A stretch of DNA of 60,749 bases, filler included, from an uncultured bacterium (GTDB lineage Bacteria > CAYJOG01), in assembly GCA_964371695.1 (NCBI GenBank). It is 8 parts of 8 records of this genome, joined end to end, with 100 filler letters (N's around TTAATTAATTAA, not from the genome) between each part and the next. Parts side by side here need not be neighbours in the genome. Positions count along the whole stretch, not along the records: positions 45,754 to 53,205 come from CAYJOG010000132.1; positions 53,306 to 60,749 come from CAYJOG010000133.1; 6 more parts are not named here. The stretch is one strand, 5' to 3'. The notes under the pieces are model-generated. The model had not been told where the DNA came from. It was given only the letters and a program-made list of their open reading frames with translations, and did not search any database. Both the position numbers and the translations under genes were made by a program. Positions 50,367 through 60,749 of the stretch are shown here, in pieces (within the stretch, counting starts at the first letter, position 1; the number at the start of each line of letters is the position of its first letter).

Positions 50367-51479
50367 TCAGCCTTTTTTGGGCGGCAGATAGGTGCAGGCC
50401 TTGGGCGCGGGACGGGAAAGGACAAGGCCGTGGGCCTCGTCGCCAAAGGCTCCGGCGTTTTTCAGAGCCTCCACCAGGGTGGGAATCTGGGCGTCGCCCA
50501 CAATCATGCTGCACGTTTCGCGGGCCTTGGCAGGGCCTTTTTCGTCTTTTTCAAAGCTGTGATATTTCACGTTGCTGATGGTGGCCCCCGCTGCGCCCAC
50601 CGCCATGGCGGCGGTCACCAGGTCCTGCCCCTTGCCCTCGTCGCAGACAAGCAGCAGTTCCTTCAGGCCGGTGAGATAATTTCGCTCCGGGCCTTGATCC
50701 GCCACATAGGTGTGGCGTCGCCACTCGGTGCCGCCCTTCAGTTCGTCCAGCGTGGCCACAATCTGGTCCATGCTGGCGCCATGGGCGCCCAGGCCACGGC
50801 TGATGCCCATGTTCAGCACACCATTGTGAATCGGGAATAAATAGATAAACCCTTTGCCGGGCTGGTCCAGATGGCCTGCGTCAATGAGTTTGTCCATGAC
50901 ATCCTCGGCGTCGGGCCGTGAGCAGGCCAGGGTGATCACTTCTTTCTCGGCGGGAATGGTGATGCGCAAAAGACCCACTTTGTCCCGCACACCGGTGCCC
51001 ACGCCATAGGTCACGCCAGGGGCGCAATGGCCCAGTTCCAGGGCTGCTTTGGCAATGCCCGGACCTTGACCGCGCTGCACAATGCAGCAGATGCCCATCA
51101 GGGAGTCTTCGCCAGAGGGTTCTCCGCCTTCTGCGCTGGCGTTTTCTGCGCAGGCCGGGTGACCCTCCACCCAGTCCATGGTTTCAGACCACGCCATGCC
51201 CCTGCCGGGCACGGACAGGTTGGCGGTGTCGATGACCAGATCCAGCACCTTGCGTTCCCAGGCGGGGCTGGTGAGGATTTGCAGCACGTTCACCGGGTCA
51301 TCGGCCAGGGCAACCCCCTTGCTCAAACCAAAAAGCACCTTTTTTTCTTCAAGGGCGTTGGACCGGCCCTGGGCCACCAGCAGGTTTTTGACACCAGCCT
51401 TGCTCAGGGCGTCCAGCACGTCTTTGGCCGCAGACTGGACCACGAAGGCGGTAATGCGAGAAATGTGTCGCTGACTCAT
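50367..51479 (-). CDS. Protein with three tandem P-II-like domains
   Basis: Three ~95-aa units ending LSVPGRGMAW, LDQPGKGFIY and FGDEAHGLVL; adjacent to a DUF1538 gene. Confidence 0.75.
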   Translation of the reverse strand: MSQRHISRITAFVVQSAAKDVLDALSKAGVKNLLVAQGRSNALEEKKVLFGLSKGVALADDPVNVLQILTSPAWERKVLDLVIDTANLSVPGRGMAWSETMDWVEGHPACAENASAEGGEPSGEDSLMGICCIVQRGQGPGIAKAALELGHCAPGVTYGVGTGVRDKVGLLRITIPAEKEVITLACSRPDAEDVMDKLIDAGHLDQPGKGFIYLFPIHNGVLNMGISRGLGAHGASMDQIVATLDELKGGTEWRRHTYVADQGPERNYLTGLKELLLVCDEGKGQDLVTAAMAVGAAGATISNVKYHSFEKDEKGPAKARETCSMIVGDAQIPTLVEALKNAGAFGDEAHGLVLSRPAPKACTYLPPKKG

Positions 51480-53205
51480 TTAGGCCACCCCCACCTGGAC
51501 CGCTGATTCTTGGGCGGCTGCCTGCTCTTTTTCAAGCATGGCTTTGCGTTTTTTCGTGACCGACAGGCCCACCAGCAGTACCGCCAGGATGGGGCAGACC
51601 GACGCCATGGAGAGGATGCCGAATCCCTCCACCACACCCACTTCGGTGCTGATGCCCAGGCCCATGGCCAACACCAGGGGCACGGTGATGGGGCCGGTGG
51701 TGACACCGGCGCTGTCCCAGCCGATGTTGACAAACTCCTCGGTGGAAAGCCTGGTGATAAACAGCAAAACCAGATAAGGCGGTATCAGCATGTAGGCCAG
51801 GGGGATGTTCCAGATGATCTTGGCCACCCCCAGCATGATGCCCACACCCACGCCCAAAGCCACCGTCTGCATGAGCAGGGATTTTTTGAACGTGCCCACC
51901 GTGAGCTCCTCCACCGTCAACCCAAGGGCGTTGAGGGCGGGTTCCGCCAGCGTGGCCCCAAACCCCATGATGAAGGCGAAAATCAACATCACCACAATAC
52001 CGCCGAGGGTGCCGAAAAGTGGTCCCTTCAGGGGGGTGTAGTTGTAGGTGCTGGTGGATTCATCAAAGCCCTTTTCATGAAAGGGCAGCGTTTCATACTG
52101 ATCCTGCGATTTGGTGTAGAAAAACCGCTCTTTCTCGCCGGTCTCCGTCAGTGCGGTCTGCACCACGGCGGGGTCAAATCCGCTGATGGCCTTGTGCTCC
52201 TCTTTAAGCTCAACGGACTTGAACGCGGCGGGCAGTTTTCCGCCCACCTGCGCCCCCATCTTGGCCAGACCCAGTTCAATGCCGATGTTGAAAAGCCCCA
52301 TGCCAATGACGGCGAACAACACGCCCAGGCGCACTTCATCGCCACGGGGGAGTTTTTCGCGAAGAATGACCACCAGCACCAGCATCAGAAAGATGGAAAG
52401 CGGAATGATGGCCCGCAGGGCCAGAATGCCGTTGCGGGTGGAGATTTCCTTGACATCCAGGGGCGGCGCGCCCTTGCGGGCTTTGGCTTCGCTGGCTGTT
52501 TTCACCGCCTCTTCAGAGCCAAAAACCGCCAAGCGCTGGGCGGCGGTGCCCTGTTCCAGCGCCCAGTCGCCCAAGGCGCCTTTTTTGCCAAAAACCGCTA
52601 TTTCGAGTTTTGAGGAACTTTTGATTTTTTTCAGTTGGTCCAGCATGGCTGTTTCGCCGCCGAACACGCCTGCCTGTGTCTCAGGCGAGGTGTTTTTGAA
52701 CACATAGGCGTACATCTCTTCTTTTGACTTGAACATGCCCTCGACCTGTTCGATGTATTGCTGGCTGAAAAACATCCCTTCTTTCAGGGGCGGGGGAACC
52801 GTTCCCACCTGGGAAATCCCCAGGCCGATCACCGCCAGCACGGGAAACGCCGACGCCAGCGTCACGACGCCAAAACCCGCCGCGCCGGAATCTGCGCTGC
52901 CCACCACGCGGCAAATGCCGATGCCCAGCGCCAGCACCAGGGGCACCGTTACGGGGCCGGTGGTGACACCGCCACAGTCCCAGGCCAGTCCCAGCACATA
53001 GTTGAGGTTCGGATTCAGGAAACAGATCACGGTCAACACCGACAACAGCGTGACCAGAATGTAAATAAACGGTTTCAGCGACCAGTTGTACAAAAAGCGC
53101 AACATGCCAAACACCACCGCAAAGCCCACGCCCACACCCACCGAGAGCACCAGTGTGCTGCTTTGTTTGTTCAGCAACAGGAACAGCAGGGGTGCTTCCC
53201 AGGCC
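51480..53205 (-). CDS. Fused double DUF1538 membrane protein (5' truncated)
   Basis: Two WD(C/S)(G/A)GVTTGP(V/I)TVPLVLA motifs and ATLAEPAL; two soluble insertions. Confidence 0.88.
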
Positions 53206-53339
53206 NNNNNNNNNNNNNNNNNNNNNNNNNNNNNNNNNNNNNNNNNNNNTTAATTAATTAANNNNNNNNNNNNNNNNNNNNNNNNNNNNNNNNNNNNNNN
53301 NNNNNCCATGGCGCTCAGCGCTACGCGCCGGGCGCTTCC

Positions 53340-53362
53340 TTCGAACCCCTCCCTGTCCGCCA
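53340..53362 (+). repeat. Inverted copy of the tRNA-Ser 3' end
   Basis: TTCGAACCCCTCCCTGTCCGCCA matches the last 23 nt of the tRNA at 22/23 positions, in the opposite orientation. Confidence 0.85.
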
Positions 53363-53386
53363 ATTTGGTTGGGGTTTATGAATTGA

Positions 53387-53477
53387 TGGCGGACAGGGAG
53401 GGATTCGAACCCTCGAAGCGCTTTTGGCGCTTACTCACTTAGCAGGCGAGTGCCTTCAGCCGCTCGGCCACCTGTCC
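53387..53477 (-). tRNA. tRNA-Ser(GCT)
   Basis: GGACAGG/CCTGTCC acceptor stem, CT-GCT-AA anticodon loop, long variable arm, GGTTCGAATCC T-arm and encoded GCCA. Confidence 0.97.
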
Positions 53478-53576
53478 AATGCCCGGCCCACTGAGCCGGA
53501 AACCTTATTCTACCGCTTATCCGCCTCGCTCCAAGCCCAAAAAATCCGTGGCCCTCAAAAAATTCCATAGTCCACC

Positions 53577-53615
53577 TTGAATTAGTTTAAGTGGAATAGT
53601 AAAATTTGACTAATT
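53577..53615 (+). promoter_or_regulatory. sigma70 promoter overlapped by an imperfect palindrome (possible repressor site)
   Basis: TTGAAT-N17-TAAAAT; TAGTAAAATTTGACTA dyad over the -10 element; GGAGG SD downstream. Confidence 0.5.
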
Positions 53616-53633
53616 TCCCTTCGGAGGTCATCA

Positions 53634-55454
53634 ATGGGCACAGCCACCATAGACAAATCGCTTTCACTCGAAGAGCGCATCAAAAACGCCGGGGTCCGCG
53701 TGCGGCCTCTCAGCAACTACTACACCGACAACGCCGATCTCAAGTTCATCGTCGAAAAGGTCATTGACTGGGACGCCATCCTGGAGTTCTGCCACGACCT
53801 GGACAAGGACATCTTCCTCGACCTCATCACCACTGCGGGCAAAATCGCGGGCGAGCGCATCGCGCCGCGCCTTACCGTGAACGACCGCGAAGGCAGCTAC
53901 CTCAACCCCGAAACCGGCGAAGTGGACTGGGCCGAAGGCGTGGAGGCCACCGAGGCGGATTTTCTGGAATCAGGCAATGCCTGCATTCTGCTTCACGAGC
54001 ACGGCGGCTTGGGCATGCCCTTTGCCGTGACCAGTGTGCTGGGTGAAATGGTGAGCCGGGCGGACATCGCCGCAGGCATGCGCAGCGGCCTGACCGGCGG
54101 CGTGGCCGAAACCCTCGAGGCATTCGGCAGCGAGGAACTCAAAGCCGCGTGGCTGCCCAAGTTTGTGGCGGGCGAAGTGCGCGCCAGCATGGACCTCACC
54201 GAGGCGCAGGCAGGCTCTGGCCTGGGCGACGTGCTCACCCGCGCCGAAAAAATCCCCGGTCAGCCTGATAACGTGCGCAAAATCACCGGCACCAAAATGT
54301 TCATCACCGCCGGAGATGGTGACCTGCACCTGGCCCTGGCCCGCGACGAAGAAGTCTTTGAAAGCACCAAGGGCAACACCAAGGGCATCAGCATGTACCT
54401 GATTCCCAAAGAGGTGGACGGCAAGTCCAACAACATCACCATCACCAAAACCGAGCACAAGCTGGGCATCAACAGCAGCGCCACCTGTGCGCTCGCTTAT
54501 GACGGCAGCGTGGGTTATCTCGTGGGCAACGTGGGCGAAGGCATGAAACACATGCTGCGCCTGATGTACGGCGCCCGCCTGGGTGTGGCCGCACAGGGTC
54601 TGGGACTGGCCGAGGCCGCCTATCGCGAGGCCTATGACTTCGCCACCAACACCCGCAAACAGTTCGGCAAACGCATTCGCGATTTCGAACTCATCACCGA
54701 GCGGCTGGTGAACATGAAGGCCTCCCTCGAGGCCCAGCGCGCCCTGATGTACGAATGCTCCGTGGCCGTGGACATCGCCTATGGCCTGGACAGGCAGTTC
54801 CGCGACGGTCTGGTGAAGGAAGAAGACAAAGCCGCCAAGCAGAAGCTGCAAAAAGCCATGCACGGCAAGTCCCGCGTGCTCACGCCCCTCATCAAGTACA
54901 TGGCCAGCGAAGAATGTGTGCGCATCGCCAAAGAGGCCGTGCAGGTGCATGGCGGCGTGGGCTTCACCAAGGAATATCTCGTGGAACACTTCTACCGCGA
55001 CAGCATCATCACCACCATCTACGAAGGCACCAGCGAAATTCAGCTTTCCATGGCACTCAGAGACAGCCTGGGGGCGCAACTGCTGGCCGGTGTGATGCAG
55101 GAAGTCAAGGACTTCATCAAGGCCCCGCCCGAAGGCGTGGACACCGATGACCTGGAACTGTTGAAGAAATCCGGCGCGGAGCTGGAGGGCATTCTGCAGG
55201 CCCTCATGGAGCAGTACATGGCCACCCAGAGCATCGGCTACGCCCTGCTGTGCGCCCGCGAAATCGGCGAGATCATCATCGATGTCTACTGCTCTTACCT
55301 GCTGCTCAAACAAAGCCTGCTGGATGACCGCAAAAAGAAGGTCGCCAAGGTTTTTCTGCACAGCGCCTATCCCCGCTGCCTCGCCAAGGCCGCCAAGGTC
55401 AAGAGCAAGAGCAGCATCATTCTGGAAGCAGCCAGTGAAATTCTTGATGCTTAA
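53634..55454 (+). CDS. Acyl-CoA dehydrogenase family protein
   Basis: MDLTEAQAGS, ITGTKMFIT, EHKLGI, ARLGVAAQ, QVHGGVGF and IYEGTSEIQ. Confidence 0.95.
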   Translation: MGTATIDKSLSLEERIKNAGVRVRPLSNYYTDNADLKFIVEKVIDWDAILEFCHDLDKDIFLDLITTAGKIAGERIAPRLTVNDREGSYLNPETGEVDWAEGVEATEADFLESGNACILLHEHGGLGMPFAVTSVLGEMVSRADIAAGMRSGLTGGVAETLEAFGSEELKAAWLPKFVAGEVRASMDLTEAQAGSGLGDVLTRAEKIPGQPDNVRKITGTKMFITAGDGDLHLALARDEEVFESTKGNTKGISMYLIPKEVDGKSNNITITKTEHKLGINSSATCALAYDGSVGYLVGNVGEGMKHMLRLMYGARLGVAAQGLGLAEAAYREAYDFATNTRKQFGKRIRDFELITERLVNMKASLEAQRALMYECSVAVDIAYGLDRQFRDGLVKEEDKAAKQKLQKAMHGKSRVLTPLIKYMASEECVRIAKEAVQVHGGVGFTKEYLVEHFYRDSIITTIYEGTSEIQLSMALRDSLGAQLLAGVMQEVKDFIKAPPEGVDTDDLELLKKSGAELEGILQALMEQYMATQSIGYALLCAREIGEIIIDVYCSYLLLKQSLLDDRKKKVAKVFLHSAYPRCLAKAAKVKSKSSIILEAASEILDA

Positions 55455-55528
55455 AGATTTCTGACAAAACGCCATCCGTGTCGTTTTGTCAGCGCCGTGC
55501 CGGGAAATAAATTCCCGGCAACGAGCGC

Positions 55529-55561
55529 AAAAACCGGAGGGTCTTTGACCCTCCGGTTTTC
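55529..55561 (+). terminator. Bidirectional intrinsic terminator
   Basis: AAAAACCGGAGGGTC-TTT-GACCCTCCGGTTTT. Confidence 0.75.
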
Positions 55562-55901
55562 GGGGCGGGCCATCCAGGCCCGCTCAGCCCCCCTGAAAAA
55601 ACCAGTTTTGCCAGGGGGCCTGACCGATTTTGAGTCAATAAATTAACCAATTGGTTTGATTTTGTCGCCAAAAGGCCTCCTGCGGGGGGCCTTTTTTGGC
55701 TTTCAGCCGGGCAAACGATGCTGTTTTCTGTTAATCTCAACAGTACGTTTCCCGTGTCAACATCGTTAATGAACGTCTGTGGGGGGTACACACCCTCAGT
55801 GGGACAAATTGCGTTTTTGTGACGCAGGACACGTCTTTCGCTTTTCTTAAATGTTAACTTCCAGCAGCTCTTCCCGGAGGTCGAAAAAAGACAAGGCACG
55901 A

Positions 55902-58900
55902 ATGGCCACAGGCAGCAACCATAGGGTTTCAGTCCTGAACGTCGTCCCGGCGATGATTTTGCCGTGGCTGAACTTCGTGTCGTCGTGGGTGGACTGGAAC
56001 CGGCGTCATCGCTGGGGGCCCCTGCGCGAGGCGCTGCGCATGCCGCCCATGCGGTTTCAGGAATGGTGTTTTGCTTTGGGCCTTGGCGCGATGCTGGGGC
56101 TTTCGCCGTTACTGCCCCGCACGGTTTATGCCGGTGCGGTGAAAAGCGGCGGCAGTTACACCATCGAAAAAGACGTGATGAGCAACGGCGGTGTTGAAAA
56201 AACCGGCGGCAGCTACAGCGCGTCAGCGGTCATCGCCCAGCCCGCGGGCTACAAGGACATGACCGGCGGTGTTTATGTCGTGCATGGTGGTTATTACGGC
56301 GGTCACGACGATGACCCGCCCACCGTGTATTCCGTGGTGTTGCTGGACACCGACAGCGATGGCGTGATCAACGAAGCCGTGGTGAGTTTCTCGGAACCCA
56401 TGAAAGACAGCACCATCAACGTGGCCGATGTGGTGGCGGGCTTCAGCATCACCGGCGGCACGGTGGGCAGTGTGGACAACGTGACCGACGCGGGGGGCTT
56501 TGCCAAGGCCAACGCGGTGGACCCCGGCGTGGCGGATGATAACTTCATCACGCTGTCCGTCTCCGGCTACACCCTGGCCACCGCCCCCACCACCGTGGCG
56601 TTCACCTATCAGGCCGGGCGGTTCCACGATCACAGCCAGTTGCAGATGCAGTCGCAGGCCTCGCTCACGGTGGTGGATCAGGCCGCGCCGGTGCTGCAAT
56701 ACGTGCAGGGCCGCGTGGGCAGCGCCAACCTGCTGGTGCAGTTCAGTGAGCCGGTTTACAGCACCCCCGGCGCGGGCAATCTGGTGAACACGGACTTCAC
56801 CTACACCGACATTGACGACAGCCGGGGCGTGAGCAGCGTGTCCCACACGGGAGGCCAGAGCATGGCCACGGTGATTCTGGGTTTTGCCCTGGACAACGCC
56901 AACGACCTGAGCACAGACACCCTGGCCGCCGCGGCCACGAACATCTACGACAACGCAGGCAATGCCGCGCCCACCACGCCCGTCATGGTGACCGAGCGGG
57001 TGCTGGTGTGGAGCGGCGTGGTGAACACCACCATGAGCAACGCGGGCAACTGGGACAAAAACCGCGTGCCCTCCGCTGAAGACCGGCAGGTCATCACCAA
57101 CAACGGCCGCACGCCCGCCACGGTGGACGTGGGTCTGGCTACGGTGGGGGGCGTCACTGTCAACGCCGGGGCCACGCTGGATGGCGGCGGCCAGACTCTC
57201 ACCAATCAGGGCGATTTCCTGGTGTCTGGTGTGTTCAACCCCGCCGGGGGCGGGGTGAGTTTCACCGGCGCGGGGCCTTACACGCTGAGCGCCTCCAGCC
57301 TGGGCGGTTTGCAGGTTTCCGGTCCCACGGTGGTGGTGTCGGCGAGCAATCTGGCGGTGGCGGCCAACCTGGACCTGAACGGCATTCTGAGCGTCAGTGC
57401 TGGTCTGGACGTGGCTCTCACGGGCGACGCCATCGGCACGGGCGGCAACGTGGAGCTTTCCGGCAGCAGCACATTCACCGTGAACGGCAACCTCAACCTT
57501 GGGGGATCGGGCATCGTGTGCGCCGCCGCCAGCACCTGCAACATCCGCCTGTTGGGACAGGTGAGCCCCCTGGGCGGTCTCACTGCCGGGCTGGGCACGG
57601 TGGAATATGGCCGCACCACCGGCATTCAAAACGTGCTGGCCCTCACCTATAACAATCTGGTCATCAGCAACAGCGGCCAGACAGCCACACTGGCTGGTGT
57701 GGCCACGGTGAGTGGTGATTTCACGTTGGTCCTCAACGGTCAGTTTGATGGTGCGTCAAACCTGCTGACCGTCAAGGGGAATGTCACCACGCTGGGGGCA
57801 AACCCGGACCCGTTCCTGAACACGGTGCTGACCCTGACGGGCGCGGGCAACACGCAGCAGATCAGCGTGAGTGATGAACTGACTGGCCTGACGGTGAACA
57901 AGACCGGCGGCGTGGCGCGGGTGGCAAACACCTTCGGCAGCCTGCCGCTGGGGAACTTCACGCTCACCAGTGGCGAGTTTGACCTGAACGGAAAAATTGT
58001 GGCCATGAACGGCCCCGTGCTGATGCAGGGGGGCGTGTTGGTGGCGGACCTCACCGGCAGCAAGCTCACCAGCGTCAACCCCGGCACGGTGCGGTATGCC
58101 CTGGAGGTGAACGGGGCCACGCTGAGCGTGAGCAACCTGATTGTGGAAAGCACCAATGCCAATGGCCTGAGCTTCAGCGCGGGCACCATCACAGCCCTGG
58201 ACAACGTGGAGTGGCGGCAGGGCCAGACGCGCTTTGCCCGGTTTGACGGCGCGCTGGGGGCGCTCACTTTTAACAACCATTACTTCGACGCAGCCCTCAC
58301 CAACAACTTCCGCACCGAGGCGGGCAGCGGCGGCAGCATCACCGTGAACAACGCCACCGGGCCAGGCGCAGGGCCGCTATTTGAAGACCAGCTTGGGGCG
58401 GTCATCAACTGGCCCGGCATGGTCATTCTCTCTGGCGCGTGCAACGGCAACGACCCCATGGCCTATGCGGTGAACGGCGTGGTCATGGGCACGTTTGCCT
58501 GTTCGGCAGGCACTTATGCCACCAACGCCTTGGTGGCGGGCGGCGACAAAGTGGTGGTGTTCTATGACGGCGTGGCCACCAAGGGCGCGGCGGTGATCAT
58601 CGCCAGCGGCGCGGACACGAACGACCTCAACGTCACGGCCAGCAACATCCTGGTGCGCAACGACCAAAGCCCCGCTACGGGCATCGGCACCACCGACATC
58701 ATCACCGCCAGTGGCGTGGGGCCGGTGGACGCGGACATTCCCTGGACAGTGAACGTGGGCACCCAGGTGCGCCCCATCAACAACTCGGTGGTTTATGTGC
58801 CCGCAGGCCATCTGCTCACCAACAGCGTGAACAACGGCCTGGATTTCCAGACCGGCGTGCCGGGCTCCATTGTGGTGAACGGCACGCTGGACCTGGGCAA

Positions 58901-60749
58901 CAACGTCATGAACGTGTGGCCCAGCAGCGCCAACATCACCGTGAGCGGCACGCTGCACATTGGCGGCACCGGCGCTCTGGAAATCAACAACTTCGACGCC
59001 ACCGGCGGCGCCGTGGTGATGTCGGCGGGGGCCAACATCGGCATCGTGGGCAACGTGGCCAGTGTGGGCAGTAATACGACCACCGCCGGCACGTGGCAGC
59101 TCACCGGCAGTGGCGGCCAGACTTTTCCTGCGGCCACGGTGTTTGATCTTCAGTTTCAGAACGCGGGCTGCGGCACGCCCCAGCAACTCACCGGGCATGT
59201 CAACGTCAACAACAACGTCACCATTGCTGCTTCCTGTGTGAGCACCGGCGGGTTTAACCTGTCGGTGTCGGGCAACGTCACCGGCAACAGCGATTTCAAC
59301 ATCAGCGACAGCAGCGTGGTGACGGTGGGCGGCGCCTTCAACCGCACCGGTAACACCACCTTCACCGGCACGGGCACCGGCACGTTGCGTCTGCTGGGCA
59401 CGGTCACTTCGCTGGCCACCACCTTCACGGCGGGTCTGGGCACGGTGGAGTTCGGCAGCACCACGGTGGCGCAGAGCGTGCCCGTTGTCTCTTTCAATAA
59501 CCTGATCATCAGCAACAGCGGCCAGACCGCCACGGCGGCGGGGGCCGTCACCGTGAGCGGTGACTTCACCATCGCCACTACCACCAGTTATTTNNNNNNN
59601 NNNAGGCCATGCAGGCTCGAGCGGTCGCCTACCCGTTGGCCGTTCTTGCCATCCCCATGGTCTGGTGGCTCCGCGGGCGCCAGCGTCCGTTCCCTGTCCT
59701 GTCCGACCTGCTCTTCACGCTCCCGTTCCTGATCGACACCGCGGGCAATGCCAACCCGGTGAACCTGCTGCCGATGCAACTGGCGGGTGCGCAGGCCGTG
59801 CAGACCCTGAGCCTGAGCGACACCCTCGCCTCTCTCACGGTCAACAAAACGAGCGGTGTGGCGCGGCTGGTGAACAGCGGCACCAACCTGACGGTGGATG
59901 GCCTGACGCTCACCACGGGTGAACTGGACCTGAACGGCCGCACGTTGCGACTCACCACCGGCGCTGCGGCGGCGCTGAACGGCGGTGTGCTGCGGGCGGA
60001 CCTCACCGGCAGCAAACTCACCAGCGACAACCCCGGCGTGAACCGCTACACCTTCCACGTCAACGGGTCCACGCTGAGTGTGAGCAACCTTATATTTGAA
60101 AGCGCCGACGCAAACGGCCTGAGTTTCAGCGCCGGCACCGTCACCGCGCTGGACAACGTGGAATGGCGGCAGGGTCTGACGCGCTTCGCCAGCTTTAACG
60201 GCGCGCTGGGCTCCCTCTCCTTTAATAACCATTACTTCGACGCCCCCCTCACCAACAACTTCCGCACACTGGCGGGCAGCACGGGCACCCTCACGGTGAA
60301 CAACGCCGCAGGTCCGGGGGCCGGGCCTGCCTATGAAGACCAGCAGGGCGCGGCCATTGTGTGGCCCGGCTTTGTCACCATTTCGGGCAACCGCAACGGG
60401 GCTTATCCCGTGAGTGTGGCGCTCAACGGCACCCTCAAGGGCACCGACGCTGGGGCAGGGGGCACCTATGCCGTCACCTTCAGCCCGCCCCCGTCGGCTG
60501 GGGACGTGCTGACGGTGTGGTTCGACGACGGCACGGCCACCAAATATGGCTGTCTCGTCACCCGCTCCAACGGCAGCGACATGGCGGGCATCAACCTGAA
60601 CGAAGGCCAGATGGTGATACGCAACGACTGGGGCGCGGACATCACCAACACCCATGTCCAGGCGGGTTTCCTGGCTGACCCCAACATCTGCTGGTCCAAC
60701 GGCGGGGCCAATGCCCTGACGCTGAACCCTGCGGTGAGCGCCTCGGTGC
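55902..60749 (+). CDS. Giant exported repetitive beta-rich surface protein (gap at 59594-59603; open at window end; start may be 56040 or 56049)
   Basis: Signal-like segment ending TVYA; G/T/N/V-rich; Ig-like and beta-helix-like stretches; an internal repeat of ~615 aa continues after the gap. Confidence 0.8.

Noticed and set aside
53306-53362. Second, convergent tRNA gene
   Set aside because: The bases 5' of TTCGAA cannot form a T-stem and no cloverleaf is possible; only the 3' fragment matches.
55600-55860. Riboswitch (e.g. c-di-GMP-I) upstream of the giant surface protein
   Set aside because: Several hairpins and a GGCAAAC word are present, but I could not match the GAAA tetraloop/receptor or P1 architecture. 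An Infernal search would settle it.

Overview
This window is not contiguous DNA. It is eight contigs of about 7.5 kb from a GC-rich diderm bacterium (a draft or metagenome assembly), joined by artificial N-TTAATTAATTAA-N linkers, so gene neighbourhoods are only valid within a contig. Contigs 1 and 2 carry an almost complete futalosine menaquinone pathway (mqnC, deaminase, UbiA/MqnP; GbsR-type regulator, polyprenyl synthase, mqnD, UbiD, UbiX, mqnE, mqnA), plus a beta-barrel/FecR pair, an NDP-sugar transferase and glmS. Contig 3 has a 2-aminoethylphosphonate uptake and degradation cluster and a candidate sigma54-driven small RNA. Contig 4 has a GMC oxidoreductase, DJ-1, hflX and an M16 pseudo-peptidase. 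Contig 5 has alaS with an in-frame TAA, a pilin-LTD protein and hydrolases. Contig 6 has a JAB/ubiquitin-like/E1 sulfur-transfer triad, secE-nusG-rplKAJL, a P-II protein, a Nudix hydrolase and yebC. Contig 7 has a DUF1538 membrane protein, a triple-P-II protein, a K+ channel, a cNMP-binding protein and a B12 radical SAM enzyme. Contig 8 has tRNA-Ser(GCT), an acyl-CoA dehydrogenase and a giant repetitive surface protein. The most notable observations are the unannotated sigma54 promoter-to-terminator sRNA unit, the single-chain triple P-II/DUF1538/channel module, a probable MqnA-MqnC fusion, widespread leaderless gene starts, and a likely ATT start for rplJ. All family assignments come from motif recognition by eye, not from database searches.
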